Below are positions 1 through 8,657 of a DNA stretch of 32,000 bases, piece after piece. Both the position numbers and the translations under genes were made by a program. The DNA is from Mucisphaera calidilacus (lineage in GTDB: Bacteria > Planctomycetota > Phycisphaerae > Phycisphaerales > Phycisphaeraceae), in assembly GCF_007748075.1 (NCBI RefSeq), contig NZ_CP036280.1, forward strand, positions 2,490,001 to 2,522,000, read 5' to 3'. The first letter of the stretch is position 1. Every line of letters starts with the position of its first letter. The notes under the pieces were generated by a model. The model saw only the letters and a list, made by a program, of their open reading frames with translations, made no database searches and had not been told where the DNA came from.

Positions 1-614
1 TGCCGGCCAACCGGATCATCACGGTCCCCGGGACCGAGCACGTGACCTGGCGTCACTGGCTGGTCCGTCTGGGGTACGCCTCCACCGAAGACGCCTGGGT
101 CTGCCCGTCGGAGGCGCCGCTCGGCGCTTTCAGCGAAGAGGGCATGGTGATGCACGGCCGGCAGTGCACCGGCGACGTGGTCGCCAACTATGCCTACAAC
201 GGCTCCTCGTTCTGGAGCGAGGCGAGCACCAGCCCGGGCACGGCGAAGGGCATCGGGCAGATCGTTCGGCCGTCGCACACGATCCTGCTACTCGAATCAC
301 AGGAACCCTTCCCCGACCTGGGCATCTGGATGCACACGCGCAGGCTGGGTGACGACGGCTACCACGGGTCGTTCGGCTACTGGCACAAGGGACAGGGCAA
401 CTGGCTGCGTGCCGACGGCTCAGGCTTCCGCATGGGCTTCCGCGACACCATGCTCGACGACTGCATGTGGCACAACGGGCAGGAACGCATCGTGATCGAG
501 TCGACCAACGATGGCGGCAGCACTGAAGTGGTTGACACCACGCTCCCGACGGTTCACGAGCACCCGGAGTGGATCGCCAACATCGCTCCGGCCTACGCGG
601 GGACGTGGAACTGA
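1..614 (+). CDS. C-terminal part of an H-X9-DG / DUF1559 prepilin-type (pseudopilin-like) protein; 5' end lies outside the window
   Basis: Frame 3 is open from the window edge, with no stop before the GTG at 42, to TGA at 612-614. The tail contains WHKGQGNWLRADGSG, which is H-(9 residues)-DG, the signature of the planctomycete-expanded H-X9-DG family. Family assignment is from memory of that motif. Confidence 0.5.
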   Translation, partial: PANRIITVPGTEHVTWRHWLVRLGYASTEDAWVCPSEAPLGAFSEEGMVMHGRQCTGDVVANYAYNGSSFWSEASTSPGTAKGIGQIVRPSHTILLLESQEPFPDLGIWMHTRRLGDDGYHGSFGYWHKGQGNWLRADGSGFRMGFRDTMLDDCMWHNGQERIVIESTNDGGSTEVVDTTLPTVHEHPEWIANIAPAYAGTWN

Positions 615-1187
615 TCACTCCACGCGGATCAAGCGCTTCTCGGTCACGATGACGGGCACGGGGAAGTCGGTCGCTTCGGTGGGCAGGGCATCAAGAATCT
701 GGTTCTCGAAGCAGACCGCGATCGGCGACGTCTCGGGGTGGCTGGTGAGGTAGCGGTCGTAGTAGCCGCCGCCACGGCCGAGCCGCTGGCCGGCGGGCGT
801 GAAGGCCAGGCCGGGCACGATGGTGACGTCGGGCGTGAGGTCGAGCGGCACGCGGGTCTGCGGCGCGGGGATGTCGAAGCGGTCGGGGTAGAGGTCTTCG
901 AGGTCGTGGAGCAGGTGGGGGACGATCTCCTCGCCGATGACCACGGGGACCGCGACGGTCTTGCCCTGCTCGAGCAGCTGGTCGAGGAGTTTGTGGGTGG
1001 CCACCTCGTCCTGCATGGAGACGTAGGCAAAGATGGTGTCGGCCTCGTGGACCTCGGGCATCTCCAACAGCCGGTTGCGTATGGCGGCGGAGGCGTCGAG
1101 ACGCGCGATGGCGTCCATGGTGATCCGCTGGGCTTTGGCCTGGGCGCGAGCCTGGGCCTTGGAGGCGGGTTGGGTCATGTTGCTCAC
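615..1187 (-). CDS. 5-formyltetrahydrofolate cyclo-ligase (MTHFS family)
   Basis: 190-aa ORF with the conserved C-terminal LGRGGGYYDRYL motif. GTG start at 1185-1187 has AGGGGA 6 nt upstream; an alternative ATG lies at 1176-1178. It starts 3 nt after the stop of the upstream gene, suggesting an operon with 1191..2066. Confidence 0.8.
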   Translation of the reverse strand: MSNMTQPASKAQARAQAKAQRITMDAIARLDASAAIRNRLLEMPEVHEADTIFAYVSMQDEVATHKLLDQLLEQGKTVAVPVVIGEEIVPHLLHDLEDLYPDRFDIPAPQTRVPLDLTPDVTIVPGLAFTPAGQRLGRGGGYYDRYLTSHPETSPIAVCFENQILDALPTEATDFPVPVIVTEKRLIRVE

Positions 1188-1190
1188 AGG

Positions 1191-2066
1191 TTATCCCCTG
1201 GCGCCCGGTTCGTGCTCGTTGACGGGCTGGGCATGGTGTTCGACCCTCGGGTTGAGGCGGAGGTATCGGCTCAGGCCGAAGGTGGCGAGGTAGATGAGGG
1301 GAGTATCGATGATGGCCACCGCGAACTTGAAGACGTAGCCCGTGATGATGAACAACCAGAGTTGGGGCCAGATCGATTGTTCGGGATCGACCGGCAGCGC
1401 GTGGGCGTAGAAATGGGTGATCGTGATGACGGCGAAGGTGTCGACAAACTGGGAAACCATGGTGGAGGCGTTGTTGCGCAGCCAGAGGTGCTTGCCGCCG
1501 GTGAGGCGTTTCCAGAAGTGGTAGAGGTAGACGTCGACAAACTGGGCTGCCATATAAGCGATCATGGACGCTGCGACCGCGCCGTAGGTGAGGGTCTGGA
1601 GGTGGAAGAAGGTCCAGCCGCCGGCGTCGACATAAGCCCCTTTATCGGCGTCCCACTCGGGCAGAGGCGGGTAGCCGGTGGCGGCTTCGAGGGGCACGAA
1701 GCCGGGGATCGCCGTGCCGAACCAGAGCACCGTCAGCACCCAGGCGTTGAGCAGCAGTCCGACGAGCACGACGAAGTTCGCGCGCGCCCTGCCGTAGAAC
1801 TCGGAGATGAGGTCGGTGCAGATGAACGTCAGCGGGTAGGGCAGCACGCCGACGGCGACGGCGAAGGTGATCTCGCCGGGCGAGCCGAGCGACAACCCCG
1901 ACTCGGACGACCACGAGGCGAGCACCAGAAACCGGGTGATGCCCAGCAGGTTGAGCATCGTCAGCGTCCCGAGAAAAAGACCGGCGAGGACGATGAAGAC
2001 GCGCTCGCGTCGTTCGCGCAGCGCGGGGTCGAGCACATCAGGATTCGCTGAATTACCCATCTTCAT
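1191..2066 (-). CDS. yhhQ: YhhQ/DUF165 (VUT) family membrane protein, putative queuosine-precursor transporter
   Basis: 291-aa multi-TM ORF with family-like motifs YPLTFICTDLISEFYG and STMVSQFVDTFAVITI. ATG at 2064-2066, with a second in-frame ATG 2 codons later. Confidence 0.6.
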   Translation of the reverse strand: MKMGNSANPDVLDPALRERRERVFIVLAGLFLGTLTMLNLLGITRFLVLASWSSESGLSLGSPGEITFAVAVGVLPYPLTFICTDLISEFYGRARANFVVLVGLLLNAWVLTVLWFGTAIPGFVPLEAATGYPPLPEWDADKGAYVDAGGWTFFHLQTLTYGAVAASMIAYMAAQFVDVYLYHFWKRLTGGKHLWLRNNASTMVSQFVDTFAVITITHFYAHALPVDPEQSIWPQLWLFIITGYVFKFAVAIIDTPLIYLATFGLSRYLRLNPRVEHHAQPVNEHEPGARG

Positions 2067-2220
2067 GAGGTCTCATCGTAAGGGGCGCGTCTGGGCGACA
2101 CCAAAGTTTTTCGTGCGTTTCACTTTCCGATGACAGCTCGACAAGAGCGTATATACTCTTAGACGCGCACTGGGGTGCGTGCCTGCCTTTTCGTTAATCA
2201 TCTTTCGCTCAGGTGTTGAG

Positions 2221-2625
2221 ATGGTGTCAATGGACCTGGTTTCGGTGGCTCGCGATTCGCGATACAGCCTCGATGCCTTCATCTTCGTGCAGCGTGGTCT
2301 CGACTACACCGTGCGCAAGCATCATGGCGAAGCGCGCGACGACGAGCAGACCATCGACCCGACGCTCTCGACACGGCACGTGTCGGGCGAGCAGCTGTGC
2401 CACGGCCTGCGCGATTTCGCGTTGCGCGAATACGGGCTGATGGCCCGCACGGTGCTTCGGCAGTGGGGCATCACCTGCACCGAGGACTTCGGCCACATCG
2501 TCTTCGAAATGGTCTCGTCGGGGAACATGCACAAGACCGAGGAGGACTCGATCCGGGACTTCACCGACGTCTACCACTTCGCCGACGCCTTCGCGCCGCA
2601 GCTGGAGCTGAGCAGCACGGTCTGA
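2221..2625 (+). CDS. conserved hypothetical protein, Planctomycetes/Verrucomicrobia Minf_1886-like family
   Basis: The ORF is open from GTG 2179. ATG 2221 is preferred because AGGTG (2211-2215) lies 5 nt upstream. The sequence (YSLDAFIFVQRGLDYTV, RHVSGEQLCHGLRDFALREYG, FGHIVFEMV) resembles, from memory, the small PVC-restricted family of unknown function. Confidence 0.5.
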   Translation: MVSMDLVSVARDSRYSLDAFIFVQRGLDYTVRKHHGEARDDEQTIDPTLSTRHVSGEQLCHGLRDFALREYGLMARTVLRQWGITCTEDFGHIVFEMVSSGNMHKTEEDSIRDFTDVYHFADAFAPQLELSSTV

Positions 2626-2655
2626 TTTCAGCGTCGACGCCATAAGCCGTATTCT

Positions 2656-3831
2656 GTGGGCATGAGCGAGCGCGAGCGAAAGTGGAATCTCTTTCTGGAC
2701 CCGACCGTGGCCACGCTGGTGTTCCTGCTGGTCACGGTGACGCTGGTGGGCCTGCTCGCGTCGCCGATCGGCTGGCTGTGGGGTTTGCTGCAGCCGGTGC
2801 TGATGCCGGTGGTGGTGGCGTTGGCCGCGGCCTACGTCCTGAACCCGCTGGTGAGCTGGGTGGAGGCGCGGTCGAGTGTTTCGCGCGGGGTGATCACGGG
2901 CGGGGTGCTGCTGATCATCGGCATGCTGATCCTGTCTGTGGTGCTCTACCTGACGCCGATGGTCCTCCAGCAGGTGGCCGATCTGATCGACGCCCTGCCG
3001 CGTTACGCGGGTCGGACGGCCGAGTGGCTCGCGGCGCGGCTGAACACCGACGTCGAAGACCTCGAACAACGGCTCGTCGAACGCGTGAGGGAACTCATCG
3101 CGTCGTTGACCTCGGAGGGCGAGGGTGATCGTGGCCGAGCAAACGTCGGGGCGTTACTGGGCGGCCTGCTCCAGGGCGCGGGGATGGGCGTGGGCGTGGT
3201 GATGCGCACGATCGGCATCGTCACCTATCTCGGCGTCGCGCTGGGTGTAGGTCTTTTCAGCCTTTTCGTCTTCCTCTGGCGGTTCGACGAGGTGATGGCG
3301 GTCGTGCCGCCTCTGGTGCCGGCATCGGTTCGGCTGCGCTTCCTCGAGCTCGCGGGCCAGATGGACAAGGCGGTCTCGGCGGTGATCCGCGGACGCCTGT
3401 TCCAGTCGTTGATCTACGGCTCGGTGCTCTCCGCCGGCTGGGCGCTGGCGGGCGTGCCCTACTTCCTGCTGCTTGGCGTCGCGGGCGGGATCTTCAACCT
3501 CGTCCCGTTCCTCGGTGCCGTCGTCTGGCCGGTCGCTGTGCTGCTGGCCCTGGCCGACAGCGGCGTCGACGCCGGCTGGCTCGCCCCCCTGCTCTGGCCG
3601 ACGCTGGTCTACCTAGTCGCCGTCTTCATCGACAGCTGGATCGTCGAGCCGTGGGTGCAGGGCAGCGCGACCAACCTCGGCCCGCTCACGATCATGCTGG
3701 TTGTGCTGACGGGTGCGGCGTTGATGGGCGTCGTCGGGATGCTGCTGGCGATCCCGGCGGCCGCCTGCGTGCGCGTCCTGCTCTCCGAAGAAATCCTGCC
3801 ACGGCTGCGGAATTGGGCCGAATCGACCTGA
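2656..3831 (+). CDS. AI-2E family transporter (PerM/UPF0118-type permease)
   Basis: 391-aa ORF with about 8 hydrophobic segments and the typical C-terminal MLLAIPAAACVRVL helix. Start is GTG 2656 or ATG 2662. Strongly G-ending codons (CTG, GTG, CCG, GCG). Confidence 0.7.
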   Translation: MGMSERERKWNLFLDPTVATLVFLLVTVTLVGLLASPIGWLWGLLQPVLMPVVVALAAAYVLNPLVSWVEARSSVSRGVITGGVLLIIGMLILSVVLYLTPMVLQQVADLIDALPRYAGRTAEWLAARLNTDVEDLEQRLVERVRELIASLTSEGEGDRGRANVGALLGGLLQGAGMGVGVVMRTIGIVTYLGVALGVGLFSLFVFLWRFDEVMAVVPPLVPASVRLRFLELAGQMDKAVSAVIRGRLFQSLIYGSVLSAGWALAGVPYFLLLGVAGGIFNLVPFLGAVVWPVAVLLALADSGVDAGWLAPLLWPTLVYLVAVFIDSWIVEPWVQGSATNLGPLTIMLVVLTGAALMGVVGMLLAIPAAACVRVLLSEEILPRLRNWAEST

Positions 3832-3837
3832 CGGCGA

Positions 3838-4353
3838 TCAGTGGCTCTCGTGCGTCTTCGGCGCGGCCTGCTCCGCCGCCTCGACACGCTCTTCAGCCTG
3901 CTTTCCGGCTTCTTGAGCGGTTTCGTGCGCATGGGCCGCGTGGTCGTGGCCCGTGTGATCGTGGCCGTCGTGCGGGTCGGCGGCGGTGAGGTCCAGCTCG
4001 GTCTCGGCGGGCAGCTCGATGATCGAGGTCAGCTCGTAGCCGCCCTTGTTCCAGTCCATCACGAAGACGAATTCCACCGGATCACCCGGCTCGATCCCCT
4101 CGAGGGAGACGTCGCTGGCCACCGGGAAGGGCATCGTCATCGTCTCCATGCCGACGACCTCGCCTTTCTTGTCGACGAAGGTCGGGATCGCCTCGTGCAT
4201 GATGCTCATGTTGGCGTTGGCGGGGCTGGGCAGGGAGACAACCTCGCCTCGGACGGTGTAGACCTGCGTCTCGCCTTGGGGCGTCTGCTCCTCGCAGGCG
4301 GCAAGGGTCAGCAGTGAGGTAGCGAGCAGCAGGGTCGTCGAGAAAGATCGCAT
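3838..4353 (-). CDS. CusF-like periplasmic metal-binding lipoprotein with a His-rich C-terminal tail
   Basis: The track ORF runs to 4458, but the internal ATG at 4351-4353 gives [20 protein letters not shown], a lipoprotein signal with lipobox. The core ([34 protein letters not shown]) has the CusF-type Met/His layout. The tail is [17 protein letters not shown]. Confidence 0.6.
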
Positions 4354-4567
4354 AGCGGTAGTCCTCAAAAGGTTGGTTTTGAAGGTTATCAGGGGTCGTT
4401 GAAAAAGTCGGGTGTGGATATCGTGTGCAGGGTAGAAAAAGATGGGGTCGATTTTCAAGGGATGGGCAAGCCTGATAAGCCCTTGATTTACTGAGAATTA
4501 ATGATCGACGGACGTTGTGCCAGATGATCCTGGAGGTAAGAAATGGGGAGATGGGCGGCGTGTCGGC

Positions 4568-4595
4568 TTGACAGGGCTTTCTGGGCAGGTACAGT
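4568..4595 (+). promoter_or_regulatory. candidate sigma70-type promoter of the 16S rRNA transcription unit
   Basis: TTGACA (4568-4573), 16 nt, TACAGT (4590-4595). This is the only consensus -35 I see in the 4354-5018 gap, and it lies upstream of the leader hairpin and the 5' processing-helix strand. Confidence 0.3.
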
Positions 4596-4648
4596 ATGCG
4601 GCTCGCCCATCGGGAGGCCAAGTGCCTGCGGATGAGTGAGTTGGCTCG

Positions 4649-4692
4649 GCTCAGAGGCTTCTGAGCGGGTCAAAAACGAGGTCTTTGACATG
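4649..4692 (+). promoter_or_regulatory. rRNA-leader antitermination-like module: boxB-like hairpin plus boxA-like GGTCTTTGACA
   Basis: Perfect 7-bp hairpin GCTCAGA-GGCT-TCTGAGC at 4649-4666. GGTCTTTGACA follows 13 nt later at 4680-4690 and resembles the rrn boxA consensus (GCTCTTTAACAA / GTTCTTTGA). The order and spacing match nut-like rrn leaders. Confidence 0.35.
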
Positions 4693-4703
4693 TGAACAGT
4701 CGG
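4675..4703 (+). other. 5' strand of the long-range pre-16S processing helix (RNase III-type stem)
   Basis: AACGAGGTCTTTGACATGTGAACAGTCGG is complementary to 6683-6711 with 26 Watson-Crick pairs, 1 G-U and 2 U-U mismatches over 29 nt. The helix encloses the whole 16S. Confidence 0.65.
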
Positions 4704-5018
4704 ATACGTCGCGAGGATGCGCTCGCCGATCCCGGGTATGACGCCCGGTTTTGAGCGAGTAACCATCAGCTCGATGACCCTCCAAGGCATCGGGTTGGTT
4801 CACATCCTCGTCGTGTGAATCGAGTGGATTCATCCATTCGAGGAGCAGGACGTGAGCCAAACAACAATTCCAGCGTCGTCGGTTAGCCGCCGACGACCAT
4901 CCCGGACTTCGGTTCGGGAACTGACCGGATTGGTGAGGTGTCTTCGGATGCTTCATTAATTGCCGGATCAAACATCGAAGACCATCGGCAGGTTTCGGCC
5001 TGTCGGTCAACGAAAACT

Positions 5019-6534
<1,516 letters not shown>

Positions 6535-6654
6535 GATTGACTTAGAACACGGCTAAGAACCTGTTGGAGCGGGTTCAAGCGTCGGCCATACCGGCCGGCT
6601 GCGGAGCGATCCGCCCGTGATAGTCAACGCTGCCTCGCCTGATTTAATCAGATA

Positions 6655-6674
6655 GCGACAGGGCAACCTGTCGC
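6655..6674 (+). other. 8-bp hairpin with GCAA (GNRA) tetraloop in the 16S trailer
   Basis: GCGACAGG-GCAA-CCTGTCGC, immediately 5' of the 3' processing-helix strand. Confidence 0.4.
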
Positions 6675-6682
6675 CAAGACGA

Positions 6683-6711
6683 CCGACTGTTCACTTGTCT
6701 GAGACCTCGTT
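6683..6711 (+). other. 3' strand of the long-range pre-16S processing helix
   Basis: CCGACTGTTCACTTGTCTGAGACCTCGTT pairs with 4675-4703 (see that feature). Confidence 0.65.
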
Positions 6712-6727
6712 CTCATGCAAGCCAACG

Positions 6728-6756
6728 AAAAACACGGCCCGCGGGCCGTGTTTTTT
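6728..6756. terminator. bidirectional intrinsic terminator shared by the 16S unit (+) and hpf (-)
   Basis: AAAAACACGGCC-CGCG-GGCCGTGTTTTTT. A GC-rich 7-bp stem (6733-6739 / 6744-6750) is flanked by an A5 run on the left and a T6 run on the right, so a U-tract follows the hairpin on either strand. Confidence 0.75.
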
Positions 6757-6776
6757 CGTGCGCTGACCTTTCGTAA

Positions 6777-6819
6777 CCTTCGAAAAGGCCCGGCCGACAC
6801 AACCAGGCCTCTTCGAAGG
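6777..6819. other. long palindromic hairpin between the hpf stop and the terminator
   Basis: CCTTCGAAAAGGCC (6777-6790) pairs with GGCCTCTTCGAAGG (6806-6819) at 13 of 14 positions, with a 15-nt loop. No adjacent U-tract. Possibly an mRNA 3' stabiliser or a protein-binding palindrome. Confidence 0.35.
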
Positions 6820-6843
6820 CGGGGGAGATCGCGTGGCCGCGAA

Positions 6844-7197
6844 TCAGATGTTCATGGCCTTGTAGGCCGCCGATCGGTTGTTCCGCGTCGCCGCGTCACG
6901 CTTCTTGTTGATCGCCCTGCGAACGGTGCGCTTCACACGCTCCGCGGCCTGGTCCACCGCGTGATAAACATCCGTGTCCGTCTGCTCGACAATCAACAGG
7001 CCGCAGCCCATCACATCCACCTGCATCTGGCACATCATGTCCTCGCCGCCACGCGGGCCGTTGAGGTCCGACAGGCGGACACGCACCCTGCGGACACGCT
7101 GCTGAAAACGCTCGAGGGCACTCGAGATCCGATCCCGCACGTGCGCGGCAAGGGTATCGCTCCGGTCAATGTTCAGGGCATGGACGTCGACGTTCAT
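6844..7197 (-). CDS. hpf: ribosome hibernation/translation-inhibition factor, HPF/RaiA (S30AE) family, short form
   Basis: The ATG at 7195-7197 has GAGGTG upstream; the track ORF start at 7233 lacks an SD. The 117-aa product MNVDVHALNIDRSDTLAAHVRDRISSALERF...VYHAVDQAAERVKRTVRRAINKKRD fits the S30AE beta-alpha-beta layout. It has no long C-terminal dimerisation domain. Confidence 0.7.
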   Translation of the reverse strand: MNVDVHALNIDRSDTLAAHVRDRISSALERFQQRVRRVRVRLSDLNGPRGGEDMMCQMQVDVMGCGLLIVEQTDTDVYHAVDQAAERVKRTVRRAINKKRDAATRNNRSAAYKAMNI

Positions 7198-7343
7198 AAA
7201 GTCACCTCGTGTTGTTAGAGAACCAAAAGACATGGGCCTCGCAGGCTCCTTCGATTATCCCATTCATAGGCACTACGACCAAGACTCTTCTTGAGTTCTG
7301 TAACCCGGACGGACGTAAGTTCAGTGAAACTGGATAAAATAGG

Positions 7344-8561
7344 CTAGCCGCAGTCCGGGCCGCGGAAGGCCGACAGCACCGCGGTGTGCCCGTGAACGAG
7401 CGCCCGACCGCCAATCGGGCCGATCTCGCCCGCGCAGACCGCGCCGATCATGGGCGGATCGCCCAACGCGTTCATCGCCAGCGTCGCGTCGATGTTGGGC
7501 TCGTCGTACAGATTCGTCCCGCGGCCGTTGCAGGTGAACAGCAACGCCCCCGCCGCCGGCCCGTGCACCCTCTGCGCCTCCAGCAGCAGGTCAAAGTCAC
7601 CCCGCGCCGCCTGCTGGTCGCGCACGTGGAACTGAACCGTCTGCCCCACCGTCACCTGCGGGTCGCCTACCGCGACGTACCCCTCGTCCTGATCCACGCC
7701 CACCAAGCCCCGGATCACGAAATCGCCCGGCCCGAACCGGTCCTTGTACTCGTTCACCACCCGGCCGATCAGGAGCCCGTGCCCCTCGACCAGTTGCTGG
7801 TCGCTCGGCTCCAGGTCGCCCACCATCCCCTTGATCGCAGCGAGCGCGTTCTGCCCGCCCAGTTCCTGCACGATGTGGCGTTTGGACTTGGTGATGACGT
7901 AGGGCCGCCCCACCGCCCTGCAGCCCTGGGTCACGGTGTGCTTCGTGTCGATCGCGCCCGAGAGCAACACCCCCGCAGCGCCCTCGTTGAGAATCCGGTC
8001 GTTGAGCAGCAGGCGGTTGCGACGCGGCTGTCGCGCTCCGCTCGACAACCCCCCCACCACCGACGCATCACCCACCAGCCGCTTGAGCGCGGGCAGCGTC
8101 TTGACCAGAGGGGTGCTGAACGGATCGGCCAGCGCGATCACCAGCCGCTCGTCGCCGTCGACCTCGACCCCGAGTTCATCGGCGAGCACCAGGTGGTCGT
8201 CGTCCTCGTCGTCGTCCCAGTCGATCTGCCCGAACTGGAAGGGCTGGACACGGCAGCCGGGCAGGCTCGCGGCCTGTACCACCACCGCGGGGTCGTCCTC
8301 GATCTCCTCACGGCCGAAGATCACCCCCGACGCCGACATGCCCAGCAGCACCCCGGGGCGGAGATCCTCAAGCAGGTGTGCCCGGATCTCGTCGATAGCC
8401 GCCACGTGATTGGCCGTAAAAAAAAGCGTCAGCAGCGACACACTCGGGAGGCCGGCATCGAGTATCTGGGCGACCAGCTCGTGCCCCGCGTCGATCGGAT
8501 CAATCTCGCGCGTGATGGCGGTCGCGAACCGGATCGAGTTGGGGTCGGCTTCTTGACTCAT
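7344..8561 (-). CDS. FIST (FIST_N + FIST_C) domain sensor-like protein
   Basis: 405-aa ORF. The C-terminal GALLFTCNGRGTNLY and GEIGPIGG motifs are characteristic of FIST_C. G-ending codons, as for other - strand genes right of the 16S. Confidence 0.65.
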   Translation of the reverse strand: MSQEADPNSIRFATAITREIDPIDAGHELVAQILDAGLPSVSLLTLFFTANHVAAIDEIRAHLLEDLRPGVLLGMSASGVIFGREEIEDDPAVVVQAASLPGCRVQPFQFGQIDWDDDEDDDHLVLADELGVEVDGDERLVIALADPFSTPLVKTLPALKRLVGDASVVGGLSSGARQPRRNRLLLNDRILNEGAAGVLLSGAIDTKHTVTQGCRAVGRPYVITKSKRHIVQELGGQNALAAIKGMVGDLEPSDQQLVEGHGLLIGRVVNEYKDRFGPGDFVIRGLVGVDQDEGYVAVGDPQVTVGQTVQFHVRDQQAARGDFDLLLEAQRVHGPAAGALLFTCNGRGTNLYDEPNIDATLAMNALGDPPMIGAVCAGEIGPIGGRALVHGHTAVLSAFRGPDCG

Positions 8562-8657
8562 TAAGGTTTCATGATAGCCCCGGCGTCACGCACCACGCGC
8601 CAAAACGCGGGCACCATGATCTCACGCCCCAGAGACTCAGACACACAATTCCAATGA

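Noticed and set aside
738-2051. 437-aa + strand ORF overlapping the MTHFS and yhhQ genes
   Set aside because: Antisense shadow ORF rich in Gly/Asp/Glu/Val. The - strand products carry clear family motifs.
2067-2178. Possible preQ1 riboswitch in the 5' UTR of the yhhQ-like queuosine-precursor transporter (- strand)
   Set aside because: The reverse strand has an A-rich CGAAAAACUUUGG stretch and an AAGAG-UAUAUACG-CUCUU hairpin. They are ~35 nt apart and the tail lies ~50 nt from the AUG. I cannot build the compact P1 stem plus pseudoknot of preQ1-I, -II or -III. A covariance-model scan (Rfam RF00522, RF01054, RF02680) would settle it.
4413-4421. DnaA-box-like TGTGGATAT (8/9 to TGTGGATAA), plus weaker ones near 7253 and 7329, suggesting an origin at the skew switch
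   Set aside because: The polarity of the skew switch (G-rich to C-rich) is the terminus type, not the origin type. The boxes are isolated rather than clustered, there is no AT-rich unwinding element, and no dnaA or dnaN gene is nearby.
4354-4458. N-terminal 35 codons of track ORF 3838..4458, and likewise 23297..23404 for dnaG, 7198..7233 for hpf, 22679..22951 for rpmB and 20720..20737 for the FAD oxidoreductase
   Set aside because: In each case an internal ATG gives a canonical N-terminus: a lipoprotein signal, the primase N-terminus, an SD-preceded start or a Rossmann motif. The upstream extensions fall in AT-richer promoter DNA or overlap the neighbouring gene.
4488-5010. 100-aa and 119-aa - strand ORFs in the 16S leader
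   Set aside because: They overlap the rRNA leader, its hairpins and the processing-helix arm. They have no SD and no recognisable protein features, and the local composition is non-coding-like.
7198-7343. Sigma-54 type promoter upstream of hpf (TGGTCGTAGTGCC on the - strand)
   Set aside because: The GG and GC elements are two nucleotides too close compared with the TGGCAC-N5-TTGC consensus.
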